Shown: piece by piece, positions 25,520-32,906 of the stretch | How positions within the stretch are numbered: position 1 is the first letter of the stretch | How the letters are laid out: each line of letters begins with the position of its first letter | IMG/VR virus record: IMGVR_UViG_3300005980_000002 | Strand: one strand, 5' to 3' | Length of the DNA: 41,474 nucleotides | Source: a virus | Position numbers and translations under genes: made by a program | The notes under the pieces: model-generated | Told to the model about the DNA's origin: nothing | Seen by the model: only the letters and a program-made list of their open reading frames with translations | Databases searched by the model: none

Positions 25520-25929
25520 TGGACGCCACACTTCAACTCGTCGTGAACATTGGGGCCGGTGTAGCCGCGCTCACGGCGATCATCGGATTCCCCGTCGCCG
25601 CCGTGAAACTCTGGCCCCTCCTCAAACGCGCCGTCACCATCGGAGCGTCCCTGGAGAAGCTCCCCGAAATGTCGAACGAACTCACCGCGCTAACCCTCGG
25701 GCAGAGGTCACAGGCGGACACGCTCACCGCACAAAACGAGTCCCTCGACCACCTCGCCACAGAGGTCCGCACCGTGAGGCAACAAGTCCAGAACTCCCAC
25801 GTCACCAACCTGCGCGACGACGTTGACGAGGTCATCGGCAAACTCGACGGGTTCCACGACAAGCTCGACGACCACCTCAAACAGTGCCCACCCCCGACAA
25901 CGACCGTGAACGTGGAGGTGAAGCCATGA
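25519..25929 (+). CDS. membrane-anchored coiled-coil protein (lysis-cassette associated)
   Basis: Internal ATG of ORF 25357..25929 overlapping the upstream TAA. N-terminal TM segment LQLVVNIGAGVAALTAIIGFPVAAV. Confidence 0.6.
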   Translation: MDATLQLVVNIGAGVAALTAIIGFPVAAVKLWPLLKRAVTIGASLEKLPEMSNELTALTLGQRSQADTLTAQNESLDHLATEVRTVRQQVQNSHVTNLRDDVDEVIGKLDGFHDKLDDHLKQCPPPTTTVNVEVKP

Positions 25930-26876
25930 CTGACATGTGGATGCCGGGCGCTGAGCAGCGCCCCCAACCGGGCGGCGTGACCATGAACACTTCGCTCCCT
26001 TCCCGGGTGACGTGGCACATCACTTGGGATGCCCTCACGAACGGGCAGCAGCCATCGTTTGACGGTGTCGCCGGGTATTTGGAGCGCATGGGGTATTGCC
26101 CGACGCTGATGTGGGACCCGTGGACGGGCCGTGTCGTGCAGTTCTACCCCGCCGATCAGGGCGGCCGGGCATTGGTGAACTGGAACCAGGACGGCCAGTA
26201 CAACATCCAGATTGAGACGTTCTTCTCCCCCGGCGCTGTCCGGGACGGGGTGACGTATCAGACGGTAGCGGACACCCCGTGTGTCGGGTTGGACGAGATC
26301 CTTGCGTGGACTGATTCCCTCGGCATCCCCCGCGTCTGGCCTATGGGCGCCCCCCAATGGACCGGCAACTCCCGCGACCCCGGCATCTGGAACTCCGAAG
26401 CAGGGCACTACGGGCACTGCAACGTCCCCGACAACACCCACACCGACCCCGGCCCCATGCCGGACCTGAACCGCGGCATCGGCGCGGCGGCGGCAGGCCC
26501 CATCACACCAATCCAGGAGGACACCTTGTCTCAGGCAGAAGTTGATCAGCTTTATTCGGCATTCATGACCCGCTCGACGCAGCTTGAAGATTCGCTGACG
26601 AAGGTCATCAACGACGCCGCGGCGAAGACCCCTGTTCAGGTTTGGTCGTACACGAATCCGAACATCCCGGGTGGTGACGCTTTCCAGCACTTGCGGGACA
26701 TCCCGGCGAACGTACTCAACCAGTCGTTCAAGCTCGCTGACGGAACGGTCACTAACTTGGCGGGCATCCTCACCGCGATCCACGCCCAGCCGGTCGCCGC
26801 GGCGGGTCCCGGCGCTGACGCCCAAACGGTCGCGAACGCGGTCGTCTCCACCCTCTCCAAGCAACTCGGAAAGTAG
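25926..26876 (+). CDS. endolysin, N-acetylmuramoyl-L-alanine amidase-like (amidase_2/PGRP type)
   Basis: Internal ATG of ORF 25884..26876 in an ATGA overlap. Motifs ...NIQIE... and ...GHYGHCNVPDNTHTDPGP... Confidence 0.7.
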   Translation: MTDMWMPGAEQRPQPGGVTMNTSLPSRVTWHITWDALTNGQQPSFDGVAGYLERMGYCPTLMWDPWTGRVVQFYPADQGGRALVNWNQDGQYNIQIETFFSPGAVRDGVTYQTVADTPCVGLDEILAWTDSLGIPRVWPMGAPQWTGNSRDPGIWNSEAGHYGHCNVPDNTHTDPGPMPDLNRGIGAAAAGPITPIQEDTLSQAEVDQLYSAFMTRSTQLEDSLTKVINDAAAKTPVQVWSYTNPNIPGGDAFQHLRDIPANVLNQSFKLADGTVTNLAGILTAIHAQPVAAAGPGADAQTVANAVVSTLSKQLGK

Positions 26877-26881
26877 GAACC

Positions 26882-27229
26882 ATGACCAGCCACCTCTACT
26901 ACTACGCCAAGGCCTACGTCGCTGCACTGTCCACCGGCGTCCTGTACCTGACGACCGTGATCGGCCCGGACATCACGTTCGCGGACCTCGGCCACGTGTC
27001 GCTGCTGCACTGGATCGGGTTCGCCGGTTCCATCCTGGGCGTCGGCGGCTTGACCGCCGTGGTCACCAACGGCGCGCCACCGGCTTCGAAGGAAACCCCG
27101 GCGCCGGTAGCCCCGCCGGCTGCTGCGAGCCCGGCAGAAGCGCCCACAGCTCCGGCGAGCACCTTCCCCGCCGCAGCGGTCGCGGCCGCCGAAGCCGCGC
27201 CGGCCGAAGTGACCCCGCTCGTCCCGTAA
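26882..27229 (+). CDS. holin-like membrane protein
   Basis: ORF track 115 aa. Two hydrophobic segments followed by a Pro/Ala-rich tail; adjacent to the endolysin. Confidence 0.6.
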   Translation: MTSHLYYYAKAYVAALSTGVLYLTTVIGPDITFADLGHVSLLHWIGFAGSILGVGGLTAVVTNGAPPASKETPAPVAPPAAASPAEAPTAPASTFPAAAVAAAEAAPAEVTPLVP

Positions 27230-27234
27230 CACAG

Positions 27235-27268
27235 ACGCCCCCGCCCCACACAGGGTGGGGGCGTTTCC
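27235..27268. terminator. Hairpin between convergent genes
   Basis: ACGCCCCC (27235-27242) pairs with GGGGGCGT (27257-27264), followed by TTCC. Confidence 0.6.
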
Positions 27269-27272
27269 TGCG

Positions 27273-28037
27273 TTAAGCGCCCTTCAAGAACTGCAGCACC
27301 CGGGCGGGTTGGAATGCGGACGGGTCTCCATGTTCACCCTGCACGGGCACGACCGTCACGTCTACACCTGCTGCCTTGGCGGCCGCCGCACACACATCCG
27401 TGTTCGACGCTTTCGGAACCGTTGTATCAGCCGGGGATGAGAAAAAGATGGCGCGGAACCCGGGCGGGTAGGCCGGCTGCACAGGAGAGAGGGCCGTGGG
27501 CGCGCCACCAGGCCACGCCTGCCGGAACGTGGGGAACTTATCCGTCATAGATGCGAGGTTACACACCGGGTACACCCCGATGAACGACTTCGCAGGGACC
27601 CGCCCGACGAGCTGCAACGCGGCAAGGCCGCCCATCGACTGCCCCAGCAGGACCACATCATCTGACCCGGTCTTAGCCTCAGCCCACGCGTAGAGGTCCT
27701 CGTAGGCTTTCACTGACGCCGGACTCCCCCACGCGTTCCCGGCACCGTCCGACGTCGCGAGACTGTACCCGGCGCCCAGGAGGGCTTGACGCACGCCGGC
27801 CTGAAGGTCGCCGGTCAGCCATTCGTCAACATCTCCCCCGTGACCGTGCACGGCCATGACGAGTGACCCGTTCGGGTGCGGGGGGACGATGAGGCCGACC
27901 TTGTCCGCGCCGATGACTGCCCTCGTCTCACCGGGCGACGGCACAACTTTGGGCGTTGGGGTGGCGGGGTTCGTTGCGGGTGCGGTGGAACACCCCGCCA
28001 GGAGTAGGCAGAGCAGCAAACCGGCACGTAATCCCAT
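27273..28037 (-). CDS. secreted lipoprotein alpha/beta-fold hydrolase (esterase/lipase-like)
   Basis: In ORF 27273..28199, start chosen at the internal Met giving MGLRAGLLLCLLLAGC (signal peptide plus lipobox LAGC). Motifs: nucleophile elbow GQSMGG, HGHGGD, and C-terminal GEHGD. Confidence 0.8.
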   Translation of the reverse strand: MGLRAGLLLCLLLAGCSTAPATNPATPTPKVVPSPGETRAVIGADKVGLIVPPHPNGSLVMAVHGHGGDVDEWLTGDLQAGVRQALLGAGYSLATSDGAGNAWGSPASVKAYEDLYAWAEAKTGSDDVVLLGQSMGGLAALQLVGRVPAKSFIGVYPVCNLASMTDKFPTFRQAWPGGAPTALSPVQPAYPPGFRAIFFSSPADTTVPKASNTDVCAAAAKAAGVDVTVVPVQGEHGDPSAFQPARVLQFLKGA

Positions 28038-28184
28038 CGCCCCAGCATAGAGCCTCAGGCTTTTCTCTGAGAGGTTTTTGGGAGGATGAGCCCCGGCAGG
28101 GCCTTGTAAGTTCCGTGCAGTCGGGTTTTTCTCCGCATAGTTCCCCACGGAACTTCCCCAGTCCGACACGCCGAACCCACGCGC

Positions 28185-28228
28185 GAAAAAGCCCGCCATT
28201 CCGGGGAATATCTCCAGAACGGCGGGCT
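28185..28228 (-). terminator. Intrinsic terminator reading on the minus strand, immediately 3' of the tRNA-Val fragment
   Basis: On the minus strand, AGCCCGCC ... GGCGGGCT is followed by TTTTT. Plus-strand arms are at 28190-28197 and 28221-28228. Confidence 0.6.
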
Positions 28229-28236
28229 GCGGAACT

Positions 28237-28286
28237 TGGTGGGTCCTACCGGGATCGAACCGATGACATCCACGGTGTAAACGTGG
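28237..28286 (-). other. attP core: 3' 50 nt of a tRNA-Val(TAC) gene (anticodon arm to CCA), not a complete tRNA
   Basis: Reverse complement reads CCACG-TTTACAC-CGTGG ATGTC ATCGG-TTCGATC-CCGGT AGGACCC A CCA. No matching 5' acceptor or D arm follows. Lies 16 nt from the integrase stop. Confidence 0.75.
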
Positions 28287-28301
28287 CGATATTGCCCTGT
28301 A

Positions 28302-29441
28302 TCACGCGGGTTTTTCGAGGTTCAGGGAGGATTCTGGGAGGACCACGGCGGTGTGGGCGCTGATGAGGGAGTCCATGCGGGCGGCCACGTCGGAGAGTTC
28401 CTGGTCGAAGAGCCCGGCGTAAACGTCGAGGGTGATCTTCGCGGACGCATGGCCGAGCATCCTTTGGACGGACTTCACCGAGGCCCCGGAGTGGATGGCC
28501 AGGGACGCCGCGGTGTGCCGGAGGTCGTGGACCCACAGCCCGGCGGGCAGCCCTGCTTTGGTGACTGCGGGATCGTAGTCGCGGCGCTTGAAGTTGTTCG
28601 ACCGCATGGCCTTTCCCCGCGGGGTTGGGAAGAGCAGGTCATCCCGCCGCTTCCCCAGAAGCCGGGGCGCGAGCCTGCCAATGATGAATGCCGTCACCGG
28701 CACGTCCCTTTCCTGCCCTCCCTTCGGCGGGCCGATGAGCATGCGGCCCTCGACGTCGGTAATGGACCGGGACACCCGGATCCGCTGGCGCCGCAGCTGG
28801 ACATCCTTCGCCCGCAGTTCGGCGGCCTCCCCGAACCGGAGCCCAGTGGTCGCGAGGAACCAGATGAGGTCACGGTAGTGCGGGCTGATCGCGTCGGCCA
28901 GGGCCTCGACTTCGGGAATGGTCAGGTAGATATGCTCCCGCTTCACCCCTTTGGGCAGGTTCACGCCTTTGGCCGGCGAAGCGGTGATCCTGCCCTCGTC
29001 GACGCACCAGTTCAGAAAAGACCGGAACCGGCCGTAGATCGTGTCGACGGTACGGGCGGCCTTGTCCATCCCGGACACCCAGGCCTGAATGTCGGCGCGG
29101 GTGATGTCGGCGAGGATCCTCCCGCCCCAGTACGGCTTGATCGTGGCGCGGACGTCGGAGCGTGTCGCGGCGAGCGTGGAGGGTTGCAGGTGGACCTGGG
29201 TCTCCACCCAGCCGTCGATGAGGTCCCGGACGTAAACCCTCCCCAGGTCCCGGGACACGTACGTCCCGGACCGCTGGTTGTGTTCGACCCAGACAAGGTG
29301 GGCCCGGGCTGAGTCTTTGGACGTGAAGGATTTCTTCTTCTCCGCGCCGGCCTCAACCCAGACCGCCTGCCACCGTTTGCCCTTCCCGTAGAGCGGGGTG
29401 CGGGTCTTGTCCTTCCGCACCCACCGGTCATCGACACGCAC
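28302..29441 (-). CDS. int: tyrosine integrase
   Basis: ORF 28302..29708, with start taken at the in-frame GTG 29441 that overlaps the upstream gene's TAG (alternative ATG at 29483). C-terminal signature ...HDLRHTAASLAIHSGASVKSVQRMLGHASAKITLDVYAGL... Confidence 0.9.
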   Translation of the reverse strand: MRVDDRWVRKDKTRTPLYGKGKRWQAVWVEAGAEKKKSFTSKDSARAHLVWVEHNQRSGTYVSRDLGRVYVRDLIDGWVETQVHLQPSTLAATRSDVRATIKPYWGGRILADITRADIQAWVSGMDKAARTVDTIYGRFRSFLNWCVDEGRITASPAKGVNLPKGVKREHIYLTIPEVEALADAISPHYRDLIWFLATTGLRFGEAAELRAKDVQLRRQRIRVSRSITDVEGRMLIGPPKGGQERDVPVTAFIIGRLAPRLLGKRRDDLLFPTPRGKAMRSNNFKRRDYDPAVTKAGLPAGLWVHDLRHTAASLAIHSGASVKSVQRMLGHASAKITLDVYAGLFDQELSDVAARMDSLISAHTAVVLPESSLNLEKPA

Positions 29442-29749
29442 TAGATCAGTTCGTGCCCGATGAGGCGTTGCATGATCAGCCATTCGTCGACGTCGAGGGC
29501 GGTCAGGTAGGCCCGCACGTCGGCCGGGGCGACGTTCAGGGCCCGGGCGATCGCGTCGATCTGCCGTTCGTGTCGGGCGGCGTTCAGGAACGCTCTCGGT
29601 GCGATGAGGCGCCGGGCCGCCCAGGCCGCTGCTTCCCCGCAGCGGATCGGGCAGTCGGTCCGGTAGTAGGTGTGTGCCCGTGCGTGCATCTTGGATGAAC
29701 GGTCGCAAGCGGTTTCAGTCAGTCCCCCCAGGGGCGTTTCAATCAACAT
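29441..29749 (-). CDS. hypothetical protein with a possible HTH
   Basis: ORF track 102 aa. Contains ...QIDAIARALNVAPADVRAYL... and is co-oriented between the repressor and integrase genes. Confidence 0.6.
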   Translation of the reverse strand: MLIETPLGGLTETACDRSSKMHARAHTYYRTDCPIRCGEAAAWAARRLIAPRAFLNAARHERQIDAIARALNVAPADVRAYLTALDVDEWLIMQRLIGHELI

Positions 29750-29862
29750 CGGCGTGAGCCCTCACTGTCTAAGAACGCTCCTACGTGGCGCGTTCACCGT
29801 TAGGGTACATCGTTCCGCCGTGTTCCGTTTTTGTCGGGGGTCTGTGCAGGGGGTGGCGGGTG

Positions 29863-30360
29863 TTACTCCGGAACTGGATTTTCGCGGTTTATGCGGGTTC
29901 GATAGTTATTGAATCGATATGAAAGCTCGGATATTAGCTCCTCGTCAGTGAGGAGGTATGCCCGTCTTACCGGCTCTCCTCCACCGCTGGACACCTGGGA
30001 GTCAAGGATCTTCCATGAGACTTCGCCGCCGCCCTCCTGCATGGTCTCAAGAGTGACGGATTCCACCGGCGTGTGATCGGCGCTATCGAGCACGTCTTTG
30101 ATGGCTCCGTACCGCCAGCCGAGGGCTTCCTCGACCTTGTTTTGGTTGATTTCCCAGGCTACGCGGGTACCCCTTTCCATGGAGGCGAGGGTCTTGGTAT
30201 CCACGCCGGAGAAGGTAGCGAAGGGTTTCTGTGAGAACCCCTTTTGAAGGCGCGCTTTTTTGATTAGCTTGCCGATGGCTTCGAGTGCTTCCGATTCGTT
30301 CACTTGCTCATGGTGTCGCACAACTTTTGCACTTACAAGTGACCCGTTTTGCGGAACCAT
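29863..30360 (-). CDS. XRE-family repressor (candidate immunity repressor)
   Basis: ORF track 165 aa. HTH ...ARLQKGFSQKPFATFSGVDTKTLASMERG.... Divergent from a cro-like gene. Low-GC codon usage. Confidence 0.8.
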   Translation of the reverse strand: MVPQNGSLVSAKVVRHHEQVNESEALEAIGKLIKKARLQKGFSQKPFATFSGVDTKTLASMERGTRVAWEINQNKVEEALGWRYGAIKDVLDSADHTPVESVTLETMQEGGGEVSWKILDSQVSSGGGEPVRRAYLLTDEELISELSYRFNNYRTRINRENPVPE

Positions 30361-30374
30361 GCCCGTGATTGCGT

Positions 30375-30405
30375 AATAGGTAGCCTATTCGAACACGTAT
30401 TCGAA
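30375..30405. promoter_or_regulatory. Candidate operators in the repressor/cro intergenic region
   Basis: Palindrome AATAGGtagCCTATT (30375-30389). TATTCGAA is repeated at 30386-30393 and 30398-30405 (TTCGAA is itself palindromic). Confidence 0.45.
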
Positions 30406-30493
30406 AACTACATCCTTGGCATTATGGGTCTTGTTCCGATCTGTTATGCACTGGTCCTTGCTAACCTCCCCAGTGTTCCGTATAGTTACGCAT

Positions 30494-30763
30494 ATGAACA
30501 CACAACGAAAACCCCGCGGCCCCGTCCAGGGGAGAAACGACCCCGACCCGAAGAAAACCGGGCAGAACCTCCGCGAAGCCCGGATCGCCCGCGGCGTGAC
30601 CCAGCGTGAGATGGCGGAAGCCCTCGGCTACTCCGCGCACAACGGCGTCACCCATCTGGAGGCCGGCACCCGGATCCTCTCCGACACGGACCTCCGGGTC
30701 GCGGCCGACTTCCTCGGCATCGCCCCCTCCGTGATCCGTCAGTCCGTGAAGGCCGCCCGATGA
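30494..30763 (+). CDS. Cro-like XRE HTH regulator
   Basis: Internal ATG of ORF 30416..30763; contains ...LREARIARGVTQREMAEALGYS... Confidence 0.75.
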   Translation: MNTQRKPRGPVQGRNDPDPKKTGQNLREARIARGVTQREMAEALGYSAHNGVTHLEAGTRILSDTDLRVAADFLGIAPSVIRQSVKAAR

Positions 30764-31019
30764 GCGCCTTCCAGTTGGGCCGGCGCGTCCGCTACACCGA
30801 CCGGCCGGTGCGGGTGAATATCCACCCCGCCGACGTCCACCACGCTGACCCACGCCGCGACTCCAACAGGGCGGCACGTCGATCATGGGCTACGACGAGC
30901 CCGCCTGCTGGCTCGACCATGGCACGACCCGCGCTTACAAAGTCGCGTTCGACATCAACCGTAAACCCGTCCACGTCCTCCCCGAGCACCTCACGGCAGT
31001 CGAGCCCTTCGGTGAGTGA
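30760..31019 (+). CDS. hypothetical protein; coding signal switches frame near 30846-30885 (frameshift, sequencing error, or two short genes)
   Basis: GC3 is high in the ATG-30760 frame up to about 30860. It then becomes high in the +2 frame, which is open from 30849, has an ATG at 30885 and stops at 31017-31019. Confidence 0.35.
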
Positions 31020-31185
31020 GTCGCAGCGCCGGGCGACCCGCCGCAACCACTCAACCCAGCCCATCCAAGGCCGCCGGCCCAAGCCCGCGACCATCAAACC
31101 CTCCCCCATCAGCCCCGATGAACTCGCCTGGATGATCACCCGGGCCCGGGAAGAACGCGACGTAACCGAAAGGAAAGCATCATGA
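31012..31185 (+). CDS. hypothetical basic protein
   Basis: GTG 31012 in the original frame of ORF 30760..31185, where GC3 becomes high again. Overlaps the preceding stop within GTGAGTGA. Confidence 0.35.
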   Translation: MSESQRRATRRNHSTQPIQGRRPKPATIKPSPISPDELAWMITRAREERDVTERKAS

Positions 31186-31388
31186 GCGTAACCATCGGCA
31201 AGTACCGCAACCGTCAGGGCGTAGAGCTCGAAATCACGGGGGTCAGCATGGCCCGGAACATCATCGGCGTCATCTATGAGGGTGTCATCCCCGACAACCT
31301 GTTCGGCCCTCGGCATGTGCTCGTGACGCCGGAAGGCCTCACCGACTGCGGATACGTCAAGCTTGAAGAACCTGCGGTGACGGCATGA
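31182..31388 (+). CDS. hypothetical protein
   Basis: ORF track 68 aa; ATGA overlap. Confidence 0.65.
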   Translation: MSVTIGKYRNRQGVELEITGVSMARNIIGVIYEGVIPDNLFGPRHVLVTPEGLTDCGYVKLEEPAVTA

Positions 31389-31669
31389 AGGCCGCCGTCC
31401 TTGAAGACCTCGACTGGATGGCCGACGCCCTCACCACCCTGGAGCAGGTCGCGGCGACGGGTCAGGCGTTCACCGCGTACACCCTCGTCCAGGCAGGTCT
31501 CCGCGAACCCCCGCACACCGGCATGTGGGGTGCCCTCTTTAGGGACGCGGCGGAGCGACGGATCATCACGTACTGGCGGCACGTGAAGTCCCCACGACCC
31601 GGCCGCCGCGGCGGGGTGTGCGCCCAGTGGCGTTCGAAGGTCCTGCAGGCCCGGGCGGTGACGGTATGA
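31385..31669 (+). CDS. hypothetical protein
   Basis: ORF track 94 aa; ATGA overlap. Confidence 0.65.
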   Translation: MKAAVLEDLDWMADALTTLEQVAATGQAFTAYTLVQAGLREPPHTGMWGALFRDAAERRIITYWRHVKSPRPGRRGGVCAQWRSKVLQARAVTV

Positions 31670-31929
31670 GCATCAGCAGCTTCAGCCCTGCCGCTTGGGC
31701 GCCCGCCCTTGCAGCCCAGCTCAAGAACAGCCTGATCTTCCGTGATGAACCGTTCATCGGCCCTCTGCCGAAGCCGGTGCGCTACACGCCGGTCTGGGAG
31801 GGCTCCTACCTTTCGGCCGTCATCGCCGATGAGCTCGGCCAGCACGTCCCCTATGAAGAAGCTGACGAGGCTGCCGCCGTCATGATCGCGGCACTCAACG
31901 AGTGGATCGCAAAGAAGGAGAAGTCATGA
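31666..31929 (+). CDS. hypothetical protein
   Basis: Internal ATG of ORF 31618..31929 in an ATGA overlap. Confidence 0.6.
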   Translation: MSISSFSPAAWAPALAAQLKNSLIFRDEPFIGPLPKPVRYTPVWEGSYLSAVIADELGQHVPYEEADEAAAVMIAALNEWIAKKEKS

Positions 31930-32117
31930 GTCGGATCCGGGTGTACCAGTGCAAGGACGACTGCTGCCTCGTCCAGGTCCCGTCGAAGCGGTTCTGGTTT
32001 GTCGAGTTCGCCGGGGTGAAAACGACGCTCACCCGGTTCGGGGACGCAATCGGTTTGGCGGCCAGGAACGCGGAACTCCTCGCCCGGACCCTCCCGACCT
32101 TGGAGCCGACGGCGTGA
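31926..32117 (+). CDS. hypothetical protein
   Basis: Internal ATG of ORF 31902..32117 in an ATGA overlap. Confidence 0.6.
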   Translation: MSRIRVYQCKDDCCLVQVPSKRFWFVEFAGVKTTLTRFGDAIGLAARNAELLARTLPTLEPTA

Positions 32118-32308
32118 CCGGGGACGCGAAAGTCGTGGAGGTCGCCAAGTTCCTGGGCGTCCACCCGGAGACGGTGCGGGAGCTCGCGAGGGCGAACCGT
32201 TTCCCCGGCGCGTACAAGACAGGTTCGGGGAAGGTCAACTCACCGATCCGGATCCCGTGGTCGGATGTTCAGGCGTTCCGGGAGAAACAGCCGAGGGTCC
32301 ACGGATGA
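32114..32308 (+). CDS. excisionase/MerR-type HTH DNA-binding protein (Xis candidate)
   Basis: GTG 32114 in a GTGA overlap. Contains ...VVEVAKFLGVHPETVRELARANRFPGAYKTG...IRIPWSDVQAF... Confidence 0.65.
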   Translation: MTGDAKVVEVAKFLGVHPETVRELARANRFPGAYKTGSGKVNSPIRIPWSDVQAFREKQPRVHG

Positions 32309-32454
32309 AACGGCTGACGTATGCGGAACTCATCACTGAGTGGTCCCGTTCCGCCGCGGTGACTGCCATCCACGGCCCGCACGTGGAGGGGAACCGTACG
32401 CAAACCTTACTGCGCTTCGCCATGCTCCCCCACTACGACGAGGTCCGTCAGTGA
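32305..32454 (+). CDS. hypothetical small protein
   Basis: Internal ATG of ORF 32257..32454 in an ATGA overlap. Confidence 0.5.
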   Translation: MKRLTYAELITEWSRSAAVTAIHGPHVEGNRTQTLLRFAMLPHYDEVRQ

Positions 32455-32744
32455 CCCCGGAGGAGCTGTTGTTCGCTGCAGTCCGGCAGGCGATCAACGA
32501 CGCGGAGGGCGCCGCCGGAACCCCGGACCACCTCCTGGACTTGCAGGCCGCCGCCGCTGTTGGTGCGGCCCGCCGTCTGGGGTGGGTGCATGGCGCCGGG
32601 TGGGAGTACGCCCTGATGGATGGGGACGTGACGGTGCAGCTCGGTTTCAACACGGAGTCCCAGGCGCGGGTGTGGGCCGCTGAGCAGGGCACCCGGTTGG
32701 TGGTGGAGCGCCGGCGGGTTGGGGTATGGGAGCGGCTCCCGTGA
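32451..32744 (+). CDS. hypothetical protein
   Basis: GTG 32451 in a GTGA overlap, in frame with ORF 32340..32744. Confidence 0.6.
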   Translation: MTPEELLFAAVRQAINDAEGAAGTPDHLLDLQAAAAVGAARRLGWVHGAGWEYALMDGDVTVQLGFNTESQARVWAAEQGTRLVVERRRVGVWERLP

Positions 32745-32745
32745 G

Positions 32746-32784
32746 GGAAGTTCCGCATCCGGGTGGAAGTTCCTTTATTTTTTT
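32746..32784 (+). terminator. Hairpin formed by two GGAAGTTCC copies, followed by a T-rich tract
   Basis: GGAAGTTCC at 32746-32754 and 32765-32773 can pair as 4+4 bp with a central mismatch. TTTATTTTTTT follows. Confidence 0.5.
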
Positions 32785-32806
32785 GCCGTTTTTGACCAGA
32801 AGGGTG

Positions 32807-32837
32807 TGGAACTATACGTAACTTACGGTATGCTGTA
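32807..32837 (+). promoter_or_regulatory. Promoter-like element (TGGAAC-N16-TATGCT) of a conserved family
   Basis: Shares GGAAC, ACGTAACTT and GGTA(T/G)GCTGTA blocks with 40562-40594. Lies upstream of gene 32907. Confidence 0.45.
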
Positions 32838-32906
32838 GGAACAAACGAAGGGCCCGGAAGGTGCAACTCCCGGACCCCGAATCATCACTACCACTAGGAG
32901 CAGACA

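Noticed and set aside
25533-26927. 464-aa minus-strand ORF
   Set aside because: Antisense to the lysis cassette. Arg-rich artefact, and the plus-strand endolysin motifs are convincing.
28038-28199. N-terminal 54-codon extension of the hydrolase ORF (track start at 28199)
   Set aside because: The extension precedes a textbook lipoprotein signal peptide that begins at the internal Met (28037). It also covers the region carrying regulatory-looking motifs.
28237-28286. A functional tRNA-Val gene
   Set aside because: Only the 3' 50 nt are present. The sequence where the D arm and 5' acceptor strand should be does not fit, so it is called an attP core instead.
29442-29708. N-terminal extension of the integrase ORF (track start at 29708)
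   Set aside because: It overlaps, in another frame, the better-looking 102-aa gene 29441..29749, and translates to an Arg/Pro-rich string. An in-frame GTG at 29441 couples to that gene's stop.
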